From assembly GCA_944390735.1 (NCBI GenBank), contig CALXRL010000052.1, positions 52,143 to 116,142 of the forward strand: a stretch of 64,000 nucleotides of DNA. The letters are read 5' to 3'. A model generated the notes under the pieces. It saw only the letters and a list, made by a program, of their open reading frames with translations, made no database searches and was not told where the DNA came from. Each line of letters begins with the position of its first letter. Positions within the stretch are counted from its first letter, which is position 1. This stretch comes from an uncultured Victivallales bacterium. Lineage in GTDB: Bacteria; Verrucomicrobiota; Lentisphaeria; Victivallales; UBA1829. The translations under genes were made by a program, and so were the position numbers. This document shows, piece by piece, positions 15,748-27,014 of the stretch.

Positions 15748-16048
15748 TGACGTTCCCCCCTGTGTTGCATGTTCTGTTTGTTCCTCCCATCCCGGCCGAA
15801 GACGGACGGCCGCGGACCCCCGGGAGTTCTGTTCGGTATCTGTAAACTAAATTAAACCGGAATTTACAAGATGCAAGTGTCAAACGCAAAAAAATCGATT
15901 TTTTTTTCGTCAAAAAAATGGAAGTCCCTGGCCGGTCACGGGATGTGATCCCCGGTCCCGGGGATGGAAACACGGAACCGCGATTTTCCGGGAGCGCGGC
16001 GGTGTTTGAAAAGACGGGGGAATAAAAACCTGTTTTTACGTGAAATTA

Positions 16049-16109
16049 CAGAAGAAAAGGAGAATCCCTTCTCCGGACGTGTTCCGCGGAAACGCCCGGA
16101 GAAGGATTC
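16049..16109 (-). terminator. Rho-independent terminator downstream of the FAD oxidoreductase gene
   Basis: On the minus strand GAATCCTTCTCCGG pairs with CCGGAGAAGGGATTC (one bulge), followed by TCCTTTTCTTCTG. Confidence 0.5.
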
Positions 16110-16136
16110 GGAAGGAAGACGATTTGTTTTTTCCCC

Positions 16137-17375
16137 TCAGAGTCCGACGTCGGCGAGATGGAGAGGAAATCCGAGTCCGCGCAGCTCCTTCTGAAGATGT
16201 GCGACATTCAGATCGGGCGGCTCGACTCTTTCGTCGATGGAGAGGGCGGCAGCCAGTCCCGCGACCTGTCCGGTCATGGCTGCGGAGGGGATGACGCGAG
16301 TGACTTCCCAGGCGTCGCCTGCGGCGGCGGAGCAGCGTCCCGCGGCGAGCAGTCCGCCGAGCCGGTTGGCCGGATAGAGGGTCCGGTAGGGAACCTCCCA
16401 GACGAATCCGGGCTTCCGCCAGTCGGCGAGCAGTCCGACGGAATCTTCGAAGAAGGTGGCATGTTCGTTGTCCCGGAGAACGTATTCGCCCTGGATGCAG
16501 CTGATCTTCCGGAATTGCGGCATGACCGGCAGTTTCAGGGCGTAGTTCGATTTCCGGTCGTACTTTCCGGACTCATACGCGGTCAGAAAATGTTCGCGGA
16601 GACAGTTGCGGGTGTGCAGTACAAATTCCGAGACTTTCCTTCCGGAGATTCCCCGGTAGGGAGCGGACCGCAGCTGTTCGCGGGTGAGTCCGGCACGCTG
16701 GAGTTCGCGGTCGGACATGCTGGTTTCCCCGTTTGCCCAGGCGCCGCAGGCGCAGACGGCAACGTTTTTTCCGAGATTCTGTCCCTCCGCATTGGCATCC
16801 TTCCGATATTCGATGGCCCAGATGGAGAGATAGTTGTCCGCTTCCAGACACGGGACTCCGGCCCGGCGGGCGAGAATCGAGCTTCCGCTTGCATCCACAA
16901 ACCGTTTCGCATGGAGGATGCCCCGTCCGCTTTCGTTTTCCACGACGGCTCCGGTGAGACGCGTTCCCTCGACCACGGCATCGCAGACCAGGGTGTCGAA
17001 CCAGATGTCGATTCCGGCATTCTGCACGACTTCGTCAAGAGCCAGCATGAATGCCGCCGGGGAGAAGATGCAGCGGAAGCGTTCCTCCTCCCGGGCGTTT
17101 TTCCCCTGTTTCCAGGTCTCCGGAATATCGCCGGGGCCGTACTGAATGCTTTTCCGGATGAGCTCCTCGCAGATACCGAAGGTGACCTGATGACCGTTCC
17201 CGTCACAGAGCGGCAGATAGATGTAGACCAGACCGCTGGTGGCAAGTCCTCCGAGAAGAATCGTCTTTTCCACGAGAACCGTTTTCTTGCCCGACCGCGC
17301 CGCCTGCAGAGCCGCAGCGACGCCCGCGATGCCGCCGCCGATCACGGCAACATCATAATTCACTTCAAAATCCAT
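16137..17375 (-). CDS. FAD-dependent oxidoreductase (FAD_oxidored-like family)
   Basis: MDFEVNYDVAVIGGGIAGVAAALQAARSGKKTVLVEKTILLGGLATSG is a dinucleotide-binding motif. I trimmed the track ORF (to 17660) to ATG 17375, because the upstream extension is R/P/G low complexity. Confidence 0.85.
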   Translation of the reverse strand: MDFEVNYDVAVIGGGIAGVAAALQAARSGKKTVLVEKTILLGGLATSGLVYIYLPLCDGNGHQVTFGICEELIRKSIQYGPGDIPETWKQGKNAREEERFRCIFSPAAFMLALDEVVQNAGIDIWFDTLVCDAVVEGTRLTGAVVENESGRGILHAKRFVDASGSSILARRAGVPCLEADNYLSIWAIEYRKDANAEGQNLGKNVAVCACGAWANGETSMSDRELQRAGLTREQLRSAPYRGISGRKVSEFVLHTRNCLREHFLTAYESGKYDRKSNYALKLPVMPQFRKISCIQGEYVLRDNEHATFFEDSVGLLADWRKPGFVWEVPYRTLYPANRLGGLLAAGRCSAAAGDAWEVTRVIPSAAMTGQVAGLAAALSIDERVEPPDLNVAHLQKELRGLGFPLHLADVGL

Positions 17376-17401
17376 GGTTTCCCCTTTTGTTTCGGATGAA
17401 T

Positions 17402-18166
17402 TTATGCTTGAACAGGTGTGGTTTCCAGTCTGATTTCCGCGGAGAGTTCCGGCAGGTTCCGCAGACGGTCGAGGACTTTCCCGATTTCCGTTTTTTCCGG
17501 CGGCGCCCATCCCCAGGTCAGGGCGGCGAAGAGTTTTCCGTCGGCATAGACGGGAACGCCGATCCGGGCGAACTGCGGTTTGTCCATCGGGTGCAGCGAG
17601 TATCCGTTTTTCCGGCAGAGCTCCACCGCATGACGGAGGCGCTCCTCCGTTCCCCAGCACGTCCGGAACTCCGGAGCGTTCCGGTTGCGTTCCATCAGCT
17701 CCCGCCTCTCCTGTTCCGGAAGAAAGGTGAAAAACACAATGCCTGCCACCGTGTCAAAAAGATGAAAGTCATATCGTCCGAATTTCAGCTGTTTTTCCCG
17801 CAGTCCCTTGTGGGCGATTCCTTCCATATGAAAGTCCCGGATCACGGAAACGGCAAGCGTGTGTTCGCGTCCGTTCCAGTCCAGATCCTCCGCCATCCGC
17901 TTCAGCTGCCGGAGATAGGCCGAGCGCAGACGGCACGCATTCAGGACCCCGATCCCTCTGCCCGGATAAAGCCGGTTTTCCGCATCCTTTTCCAGAAGAC
18001 CGCATCCCGCAAGGCTCGTGACCAGATTGTAGACGGTCGGATATTTCAGACCCACCGCCTCCGCCACCTCGCCGAGCGTCATCCCTTCCGGATGATCCGC
18101 GACGCGGTTCAGAATTTCCGCGCATCGTTCCACCGTTTGTACCATGACTGCCGTTCCTGTCTCCAT
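17402..18166 (-). CDS. IclR-family transcriptional regulator
   Basis: N-terminal HTH (VERCAEILNRVADHPEGMTLGEVAEAVGLKYPTVYNLVTSL) followed by an IclR-type effector domain. Length about 250 aa. Confidence 0.8.
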   Translation of the reverse strand: METGTAVMVQTVERCAEILNRVADHPEGMTLGEVAEAVGLKYPTVYNLVTSLAGCGLLEKDAENRLYPGRGIGVLNACRLRSAYLRQLKRMAEDLDWNGREHTLAVSVIRDFHMEGIAHKGLREKQLKFGRYDFHLFDTVAGIVFFTFLPEQERRELMERNRNAPEFRTCWGTEERLRHAVELCRKNGYSLHPMDKPQFARIGVPVYADGKLFAALTWGWAPPEKTEIGKVLDRLRNLPELSAEIRLETTPVQA

Positions 18167-18751
18167 GAGCTTTGGCCTCCGTCGGAGCCGACGGAAACTG
18201 CTGCCGCTTTTTTATCAATAATAAAAGAACTCTTTCTTGGTAATAAAATATATCATCTCCATTTTAAAAATCAAATTGGCTGGAGCGTTTTTCAAACGGA
18301 TTTTCCGGCAGTTGCAGACAGGAAGCTCCGGAGGGGAGGAGAAGAAGGGGGGCTCCGGGACGAAAATTTGACTTTCCTGAAAAGTGTGCTAAGGTGTGGA
18401 GAAAGCAATCCATACGAAAAGAGAGTATCTTTCTCATGAAATCGGAAAACAAGACGACACATTCCCCGGAACTGTCCTTCACGACGGTGTCCGATCCGCT
18501 TGCGGTGACGCGCGACTATGGGGGATGGAAGACAAGCGGCGTCTGTTTTCTGCCGGCGGCATCCCGTTCGGGATTTGCGGGATTGGCCGCATAGAAACAA
18601 ACGCCTTTTCTCCCCCGGAAAATCCTCGATAAGAAAGAAACTGCGGCGCAGAAGCACTGCGCGGCGGCGGATCTGTGCGGTCGTGTTGCGGCCCGGGATC
18701 TGTCCGCGAGGAAGACGGCGTGTCGCGCCGTCGGAGAGTTCAGGTGTTACA

Positions 18752-20143
18752 ATGATGAAGATGATATTTCGCAGAAATCCGGAACTGGCCAATTTTATTT
18801 CCTATACGGTTCCGGCGACGGTCGGCATGCTGCTGGCCGGAATTTATACGGTGGTGGATGGTCTGTTTGTCGGCTGGGGCGCGGGGGATGATGCGCTTGC
18901 GGCGATCAATGTGGCGTTTCCGTTTTCCTGTCTGTTCCTTGCGCTCGGTGAGATGCTGGGCAACGGGACGGGAATCACAATCGCCTACTGTCGCGGCCGA
19001 GGCAAAATGCTGACCGCCGGTTTGTTTTTCGGCAATCTGATTTCGATGATGATTCCGCTGGGGGTGCCGCTGACGCTGGCGTCGCCGCTTTACGGCAATC
19101 TGGTCGGGTTCATGGGGGCGGAGGAGCGGATTGCGGGAATGGCGGGCGAATATGCCGGAATCATCGGAGCGGGATGTCTGTTCCAGATCATCACCTCCTC
19201 TCTTCTGGCGGTGATGCGTCACGACCGGGCGCAGTTCCAGGCCATGTATATCATGCTGGCGGGACTGGCGGCCAATATTGTGCTGGATTACCTGCTGGTT
19301 CTGGTTTATCCGTTCGGCGTGAAGGGATCGGCCTGGGCGACGGTTGCGGCGCAGTGTCTGACGGCTCTGCTTGCGGTGATTTATTTTATAAGAGGAAAGT
19401 TTGAATTTGCGTTCCGGGTGAGGCATCTTCGTCCGTACGCCTCCATTTTCGGCAAGATCCTGCTGACGGGACTGCCCTCGTTCGGACTTCAGATGATGGG
19501 CGCGATGCTGATTCTTCTGCACAATATTCAGGCGCAGCGGTTCGGCGGGCTCCTGGCCGTGGCGGCCTATGCGATCGTCTCCTCCGTGACGACTCCGGTG
19601 ATGATGCTTTCCGAAGGAATCGGCCTTGGCATCCAGCCGCCGGTCAGTTTTCATCACGGGTGCGGAGAGGAGAGGCGGAAACTGGTGCTCCTGCGGTACG
19701 CCCTCACATGTTCCGGGGGAATCGGACTGCTGTTTGCTCTGGCGCTTCTCTTTGGAAATCGGCTGATTCCGGAGGCGTTCCATGCGACGCCCTCTCTGAC
19801 CGGTGTGACGGCGGAGGCCCTGATGATTTCGTCACTCTCCCTGATCCCGCTCGTGGTGTTCCAGATTTTCTGCGCCTATTTTCAGGCCGAGGGACGAAGT
19901 ACGCTGGCTTCCGTTCTGATCTACGGGGATTTCTGTGTCATGTTTCCCCTGGCACTGTTTGTGCTGCCGGAGTTCTTCGGACTCGCCGGAGTGTGGGCGG
20001 CGGTCCCGGTTTCCAAATGGATCATGCTGATGATCGCCGGAGGCGTCTGGATCGGATTGCGGGCAAAAAGAGGCGGGGAAGAGTCTCTGTTGTGTCATAA
20101 TGTCTCAGTTGGGCGCTGCGAATGGGACACGGACGGGCAATAA
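18752..20143 (+). CDS. MATE-family efflux transporter
   Basis: MMKMIFRRNPELANFISYTVPATVGMLLAGIYTVVDGLFVGWGAGDDALAAINVAFPF, with a 12-TM-like hydrophobic pattern. I trimmed the start from 18518 to ATG 18752. Confidence 0.85.
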   Translation: MMKMIFRRNPELANFISYTVPATVGMLLAGIYTVVDGLFVGWGAGDDALAAINVAFPFSCLFLALGEMLGNGTGITIAYCRGRGKMLTAGLFFGNLISMMIPLGVPLTLASPLYGNLVGFMGAEERIAGMAGEYAGIIGAGCLFQIITSSLLAVMRHDRAQFQAMYIMLAGLAANIVLDYLLVLVYPFGVKGSAWATVAAQCLTALLAVIYFIRGKFEFAFRVRHLRPYASIFGKILLTGLPSFGLQMMGAMLILLHNIQAQRFGGLLAVAAYAIVSSVTTPVMMLSEGIGLGIQPPVSFHHGCGEERRKLVLLRYALTCSGGIGLLFALALLFGNRLIPEAFHATPSLTGVTAEALMISSLSLIPLVVFQIFCAYFQAEGRSTLASVLIYGDFCVMFPLALFVLPEFFGLAGVWAAVPVSKWIMLMIAGGVWIGLRAKRGGEESLLCHNVSVGRCEWDTDGQ

Positions 20144-20275
20144 GGAATCGTGCAGGAGGGCGGTTCCGCCTGAATCCTTCCGCAGCGGAGGGCCGGAGAG
20201 AGGGGATTTGTCACTCCGGAAGCGGTTGGCAAGGGATATGCTAGACCAAGACATAAAAAAAAGGAGAACTGTGTT

Positions 20276-22876
<2,601 letters not shown>

Positions 22877-22889
22877 GCGGAGTTTTCCC

Positions 22890-22927
22890 GCGGGACGCAG
22901 AAGGTGCGTCCCGCAAACACTTTTTCT
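22890..22927 (+). terminator. Rho-independent terminator after clpB
   Basis: GCGGGACGC-agaaggt-GCGTCCCGC, followed by AAACACTTTTTCTCG. Confidence 0.6.
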
Positions 22928-22938
22928 CGTTCCCCCGA

Positions 22939-22966
22939 TTGAAAAATCGCTTTGGAACGCTACATT
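22939..22966 (+). promoter_or_regulatory. Candidate sigma70-type promoter for grpE-dnaJ-smpB
   Basis: TTGAAA (22939-22944), a 16-nt spacer, then TACATT (22961-22966), ending 14 nt before the grpE ATG. Confidence 0.35.
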
Positions 22967-22980
22967 AGGGACTGCATACA

Positions 22981-23682
22981 ATGATGGAGAATCACGAAAC
23001 ACGGTACGGCGGAAACGCCGAAAATAGAACAGAAAAAAACGGTGAGACAATGGCATCCGCAGAACAGGAAAAAAACAGGAAGGCCGCCGGAAAAGAGGAA
23101 AAAGGAAACGCGAAGCACCAGGAGGGGCGCGCTCCCGAAGGAAAAAACGAGGGCCGCAAGGCGGAATCGGCGGCAAAGGAGTCCGCAGCGGAAGCGCAGA
23201 CCAAATGCGAAACGAAACTCCGCGAACTGGAGGCGAAACTCAAGGAGGCGGATGACAAATATCTCCGCGCCGTCGCGGAAATGGACAATACGCGCAAAAG
23301 AACCGCCAAGGAAATGGAAACGCTGCGCTTGAACGTGATGATGGATACCATTACGCCGTTTCTTCAGGTGTTCGATCATTTTTCGATGGCCGTGGCGGCT
23401 TCCTCCACGTCGAACAATTTGAAATCGCTTCTGGATGGAATGAAGATGATTCAGAATGAATTCGACAAGGCGTTTTCCGAGCTCGGCGTGGTCAAGATCG
23501 ACGCGGTCGGAAAGGATTTCGATCCGAATCTGCATGAGGCGGTTTCGCAGGAGGCGTCCGACACGGTGCCCGCGGGCAAGGTGATCCGGCAGTGGAGCTT
23601 CGGCTACAAAACGCCGCTGCGTCTGCTGAAACCGGCTATGGTGGTGGTCAGTTCCGGGCCCCAGCAGAAAAAAGAAGAGTGA
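22981..23682 (+). CDS. grpE: Nucleotide exchange factor GrpE, with a K/E/A-rich N-terminal extension
   Basis: KYLRAVAEMDNTRKRTAKEME...FDPNLHEAVSQE...GYKTPLRLLKPAMVVVS. Confidence 0.93.
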   Translation: MMENHETRYGGNAENRTEKNGETMASAEQEKNRKAAGKEEKGNAKHQEGRAPEGKNEGRKAESAAKESAAEAQTKCETKLRELEAKLKEADDKYLRAVAEMDNTRKRTAKEMETLRLNVMMDTITPFLQVFDHFSMAVAASSTSNNLKSLLDGMKMIQNEFDKAFSELGVVKIDAVGKDFDPNLHEAVSQEASDTVPAGKVIRQWSFGYKTPLRLLKPAMVVVSSGPQQKKEE

Positions 23683-23713
23683 TCCGGAACAGCAACTTTT
23701 GGGATAACGGAAA

Positions 23714-24898
23714 ATGGCAGGAAACGAAGATTATTATAAAATACTGGGACTGACGAAGTCCGCAACAGCCGAGGAAATCAAGAAGGCATACCGTAAGCTT
23801 GCCGTGAAATATCATCCCGATAAAAATCCGGGGAACAAAGCGGCCGAGGAGAAATTCAAGAAGGTCTCCGAAGCGTACGAAGTGCTCAGCGATCCCAAGA
23901 AGCGCGCCGATTACGACCAGTTCGGTTCCGACTACTTCCGGGCCGGCGGTGCGGGGGGCGCGGGCGGAACGGGCGGATTCAGCGGAGCGGGCGGCGCTCA
24001 GAATTTCCGCGATCCGTATGAAATGTTCAGCCAGATGTTCGGCGGTGCGGGGGGCGCGGGCGGAGCCAGTTTCTTCGAGGATATGCTCGGCGGACGCGGC
24101 AGATCCCGTCGCGGAAGATCGCGCGGACAGCCCGGGGCCAATCTTCAGTATACGCTGGAGATCTCGCTGGACGAGGCGTTCACCGGAACCGAAAAGACCT
24201 TCAAGTTCGCCAAACAGGATCCCTGCGGCGTATGCGGCGGAAGCGGTGCGGATCCCTCCGCGCCCAAGGTGACGTGTCCGCAGTGCGGCGGGCAGGGACA
24301 GGTGCAGACCGGTCTTTTCGGCATGACCCAGACGTGTCCGCAGTGCGGAGGAAGCGGGCAGATTTCGCAGGCTTCCTGCAAGGCGTGCGGCGGTCAGGGA
24401 CGCGTCCGGGTGGAACGGGAACTCAAGGTCCGCATTCCCGCCGGCGTGGACAACGGCTCCAAACTCCGGATCGCGCATGAGGGCGAGGCCGGAACCAACG
24501 GCGGAGCGCAGGGAGATCTGTATGTGGTCATTCAGCTCCGGCCGCATCCGGTGTTCAAACGCGACGGCTTGAATTTGATCTGCGAACTCCCGATTCCGCT
24601 GGATACCGCCATTTCCGGCGGCGTGGTTTCCGTGCCGACCATGGCGGGAACCCGTGTTCGGATGAAGGTGCCGGAAGGCACGCAGAGCGGCGCCACCCTG
24701 CGGATCAAAGGCAAGGGCTTCCCCGCGCTGAAAGGCGGAGACCGGGGTGATCAGCTCATCAAGCTGCATGTGGAAACACCGGTTCATCTGACCAAGCAGC
24801 AGAAGGATCTGCTGACCTATTTCAAGAACGCCCTGACACCGGCCAATCAGCCGATGATTCCGGAATTCGAATCCAAGGCGAAACATTATATGGCGTAA
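23714..24898 (+). CDS. dnaJ: Molecular chaperone DnaJ
   Basis: J domain [35 protein letters not shown], a G/F-rich region, and four CxxCxGxG zinc-finger repeats. Confidence 0.97.
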   Translation: MAGNEDYYKILGLTKSATAEEIKKAYRKLAVKYHPDKNPGNKAAEEKFKKVSEAYEVLSDPKKRADYDQFGSDYFRAGGAGGAGGTGGFSGAGGAQNFRDPYEMFSQMFGGAGGAGGASFFEDMLGGRGRSRRGRSRGQPGANLQYTLEISLDEAFTGTEKTFKFAKQDPCGVCGGSGADPSAPKVTCPQCGGQGQVQTGLFGMTQTCPQCGGSGQISQASCKACGGQGRVRVERELKVRIPAGVDNGSKLRIAHEGEAGTNGGAQGDLYVVIQLRPHPVFKRDGLNLICELPIPLDTAISGGVVSVPTMAGTRVRMKVPEGTQSGATLRIKGKGFPALKGGDRGDQLIKLHVETPVHLTKQQKDLLTYFKNALTPANQPMIPEFESKAKHYMA

Positions 24899-24903
24899 TT
24901 GGA

Positions 24904-25377
24904 ATGGCAAAGAAAGAAAAATACAGCGGAGATGAACCGCTTGCCAGAAACCGGAAGGCCTGGCACGACTACGAGATCATTGATTCGATCGAAGCCGGTG
25001 TGGAACTGGTGGGCACGGAAGTGAAAAGCTGCCGTGCCCATTCGGTGTCTCTTGGCGAATCGTTTGCGAAAATCGACAAAGGACAGGTGTTTGTCTTCGG
25101 TATGCACATTGCTCCGTATGCGGAGGGAAACCGCTTCAACCACATGCCGCTGCGGACGCGGCGGCTGCTGCTGCATAAGAAGGAGATCCTGAAAATCGCC
25201 CAGAAAGTGAAGGAACGCGGCATTGCCCTGGTCCCGCTGAAACTCTATCTGAAAAACGGACGCATCAAAATGGAGCTGGGGCTCGCCCGGGGAAAAACCT
25301 TCGGCGACAAGCGTGAAACGCTCCGGAAAAAGCAGGACGAGATGGATACGCGCCGCTCCGTGGCCCGCTATTCCTGA
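24904..25377 (+). CDS. smpB: SsrA-binding protein SmpB
   Basis: NRKAWHDYEIIDSIEAGVELVGTEVKS...RTRRLLLHKKEI...LVPLKLYLKNGRIKMELGLARGK. Confidence 0.95.
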   Translation: MAKKEKYSGDEPLARNRKAWHDYEIIDSIEAGVELVGTEVKSCRAHSVSLGESFAKIDKGQVFVFGMHIAPYAEGNRFNHMPLRTRRLLLHKKEILKIAQKVKERGIALVPLKLYLKNGRIKMELGLARGKTFGDKRETLRKKQDEMDTRRSVARYS

Positions 25378-25422
25378 GATTCCCTGCGGATTTGAAAGAA
25401 GAAACCACCCCGGATTGTGACG

Positions 25423-26844
25423 ATGGATTTGCAGCAGACAACTCGACTGGATACAGGAAAAAACTGCGGAATGAAACATGTTCTGCAGGTGGCTTTTCCT
25501 CTGATTATGGCGGCCGCGGGACACGCGGTGAATCTCTTCAGCGACCGTGTGATGCTTGCACGGTATTCGGCGGAGGCCGTAAGTGCGGCGATGCCGGCGG
25601 GAATGACAAGTTTTTCCATCTCCTGCGTATTTGTCGGCATTGTGAGTTATGCGAACACCTTTGTGGCGCAGTACACGGGGGCGGGAGCAGAGAAACGGGT
25701 GGGGGTGTCGATCTGGCAGGCCGTCGGGTTTGCGCTGATCGGCGGACTGCTGCTGGCAAGCGGATGGTTCTGGGGGGATGCGTTGCTGAAACTGTTTCAG
25801 CATCCGGAGAATGTCTACCGGCAGGAGTGCATCTATTTCCGGGTGCTGGCTCTCGGGGCGTGGATTCCGCTCTGCATCGGGGCGTTCAGCGCGTTCTGGA
25901 GCGGCCGCGGGAAAACGCTGGCTGTGATGCTGATTAATTTCATCATGGTGGCGAGCAACATTCCGCTGAACTACATGTTCATCTACGGCAACTGGGGCTC
26001 GCCGGAACTGGGAATCCGAGGGGCCGCCTATGGAACGATTCTGGCCGGACTCATCGGACTGGGACTTTTTCTGACGCTGTTCTTCCGGAGGGAAAACCGG
26101 AGGCGCTATGCCACCTGGCCGCCGAAATTCGAATGGGATCTCTGGAAACGTCTGGTCCGGTACGGAACGCCGAACGGCATTCAGCTTCTGATCGAGATCT
26201 CCTCCTTCAACATTTTCATCGTTCTGCTGGGAAACGTGGGGGCGAGTGATCTGGAGAACATGCACATTCAGGAGGCGGCGACGATCGCATTCTCCCTGAA
26301 TGCCATGGCCTTTATTCCGATGCTTGGACTGGGACAGACCGTTTCCATTCTGGTCGGGCAGTCCGTGGGAGCCGGGGTTCCGGCCGCCGCGCGACGTGCG
26401 GTTCTGAACGCCCGTCTCCTTGTCATGTGGTATATGGGACTTATGACCCTGTTTTTTGCCTTCTGGCCCGATCCGGCCATGGCGCTCTTCTATCGCGCGG
26501 GGGATCCGGGACAGGTCGAAACGATGGAACTGGCCCGCTATTTCCTGAAATTCATTGCGGCATTCACGTTTTTTGACGGCATTCAGATGCTGTATGTTTC
26601 CGCAATCAAAGGCGCGGGCGACACGGCGTTCGCCATGTGGGGAAGCGTCCTGATCGGATGGCTGGTCTGGATTGTGCCGAGCCTGATTGCTATCAAGCTG
26701 CGTGCGCCGGTCTCTTTTTTCTGGAGCATTCTGGTGCTTTACACCTTTGTGGTGGCGGCAGTGTTTTATCTGCGTTTCCGGCAGGGAAAATGGCGGAAAA
26801 TGAGCGTGATTGAACGCAATCTGATTCCCCGTCCGGCCGAGTGA
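25423..26844 (+). CDS. MATE-family efflux transporter
   Basis: HVLQVAFPLIMAAAGHAVNLFSDRVMLARYSAEAVSAAMPAG, with a 12-TM pattern. The start is ambiguous among GTG 25417, ATG 25423 and ATG 25471. Confidence 0.85.
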   Translation: MDLQQTTRLDTGKNCGMKHVLQVAFPLIMAAAGHAVNLFSDRVMLARYSAEAVSAAMPAGMTSFSISCVFVGIVSYANTFVAQYTGAGAEKRVGVSIWQAVGFALIGGLLLASGWFWGDALLKLFQHPENVYRQECIYFRVLALGAWIPLCIGAFSAFWSGRGKTLAVMLINFIMVASNIPLNYMFIYGNWGSPELGIRGAAYGTILAGLIGLGLFLTLFFRRENRRRYATWPPKFEWDLWKRLVRYGTPNGIQLLIEISSFNIFIVLLGNVGASDLENMHIQEAATIAFSLNAMAFIPMLGLGQTVSILVGQSVGAGVPAAARRAVLNARLLVMWYMGLMTLFFAFWPDPAMALFYRAGDPGQVETMELARYFLKFIAAFTFFDGIQMLYVSAIKGAGDTAFAMWGSVLIGWLVWIVPSLIAIKLRAPVSFFWSILVLYTFVVAAVFYLRFRQGKWRKMSVIERNLIPRPAE

Positions 26845-27014
26845 GACCATCCGCATGCGGGAGGGAAGAACGGAGGGACCCTGCGTTTCAACGGAGAATA
26901 ATTTTTTATTTTTCCGCTTGTATCTTTTCCGGGCGGAGACTATTGTACAATGTCGTTGATACGGAGTGGGTTCAGAATGGATGCAGAGTACAGAAAAGAG
27001 CCGGAGCGGAAACG

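Noticed and set aside
16137-17660. N-terminal extensions of track ORFs (16137-17660, 18518-20143, 44284-46290, 45937-47457, 26841-30479, 30545-32353, 56180-56539, 56466-57290).
   Set aside because: The extensions are low-complexity or overlap upstream genes. Internal starts with an SD and canonical protein N-termini fit better, so I trimmed the coordinates.
18167-18751. A riboswitch or leader peptide in the 585-nt gap before the MATE gene. The gap includes a TTGACT-16-TAAGGT promoter-like site and a 52-codon ORF, MKSENKTTHSPEL...
   Set aside because: I could not recognise any known riboswitch core (guanidine, fluoride or others). The small ORF lacks an SD and any convincing features. I left it unannotated.
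25378-25422. A tmRNA (ssrA) gene next to smpB.
   Set aside because: The gap after smpB is only about 40 nt, and no tRNA-like acceptor/T-arm sequence is present.
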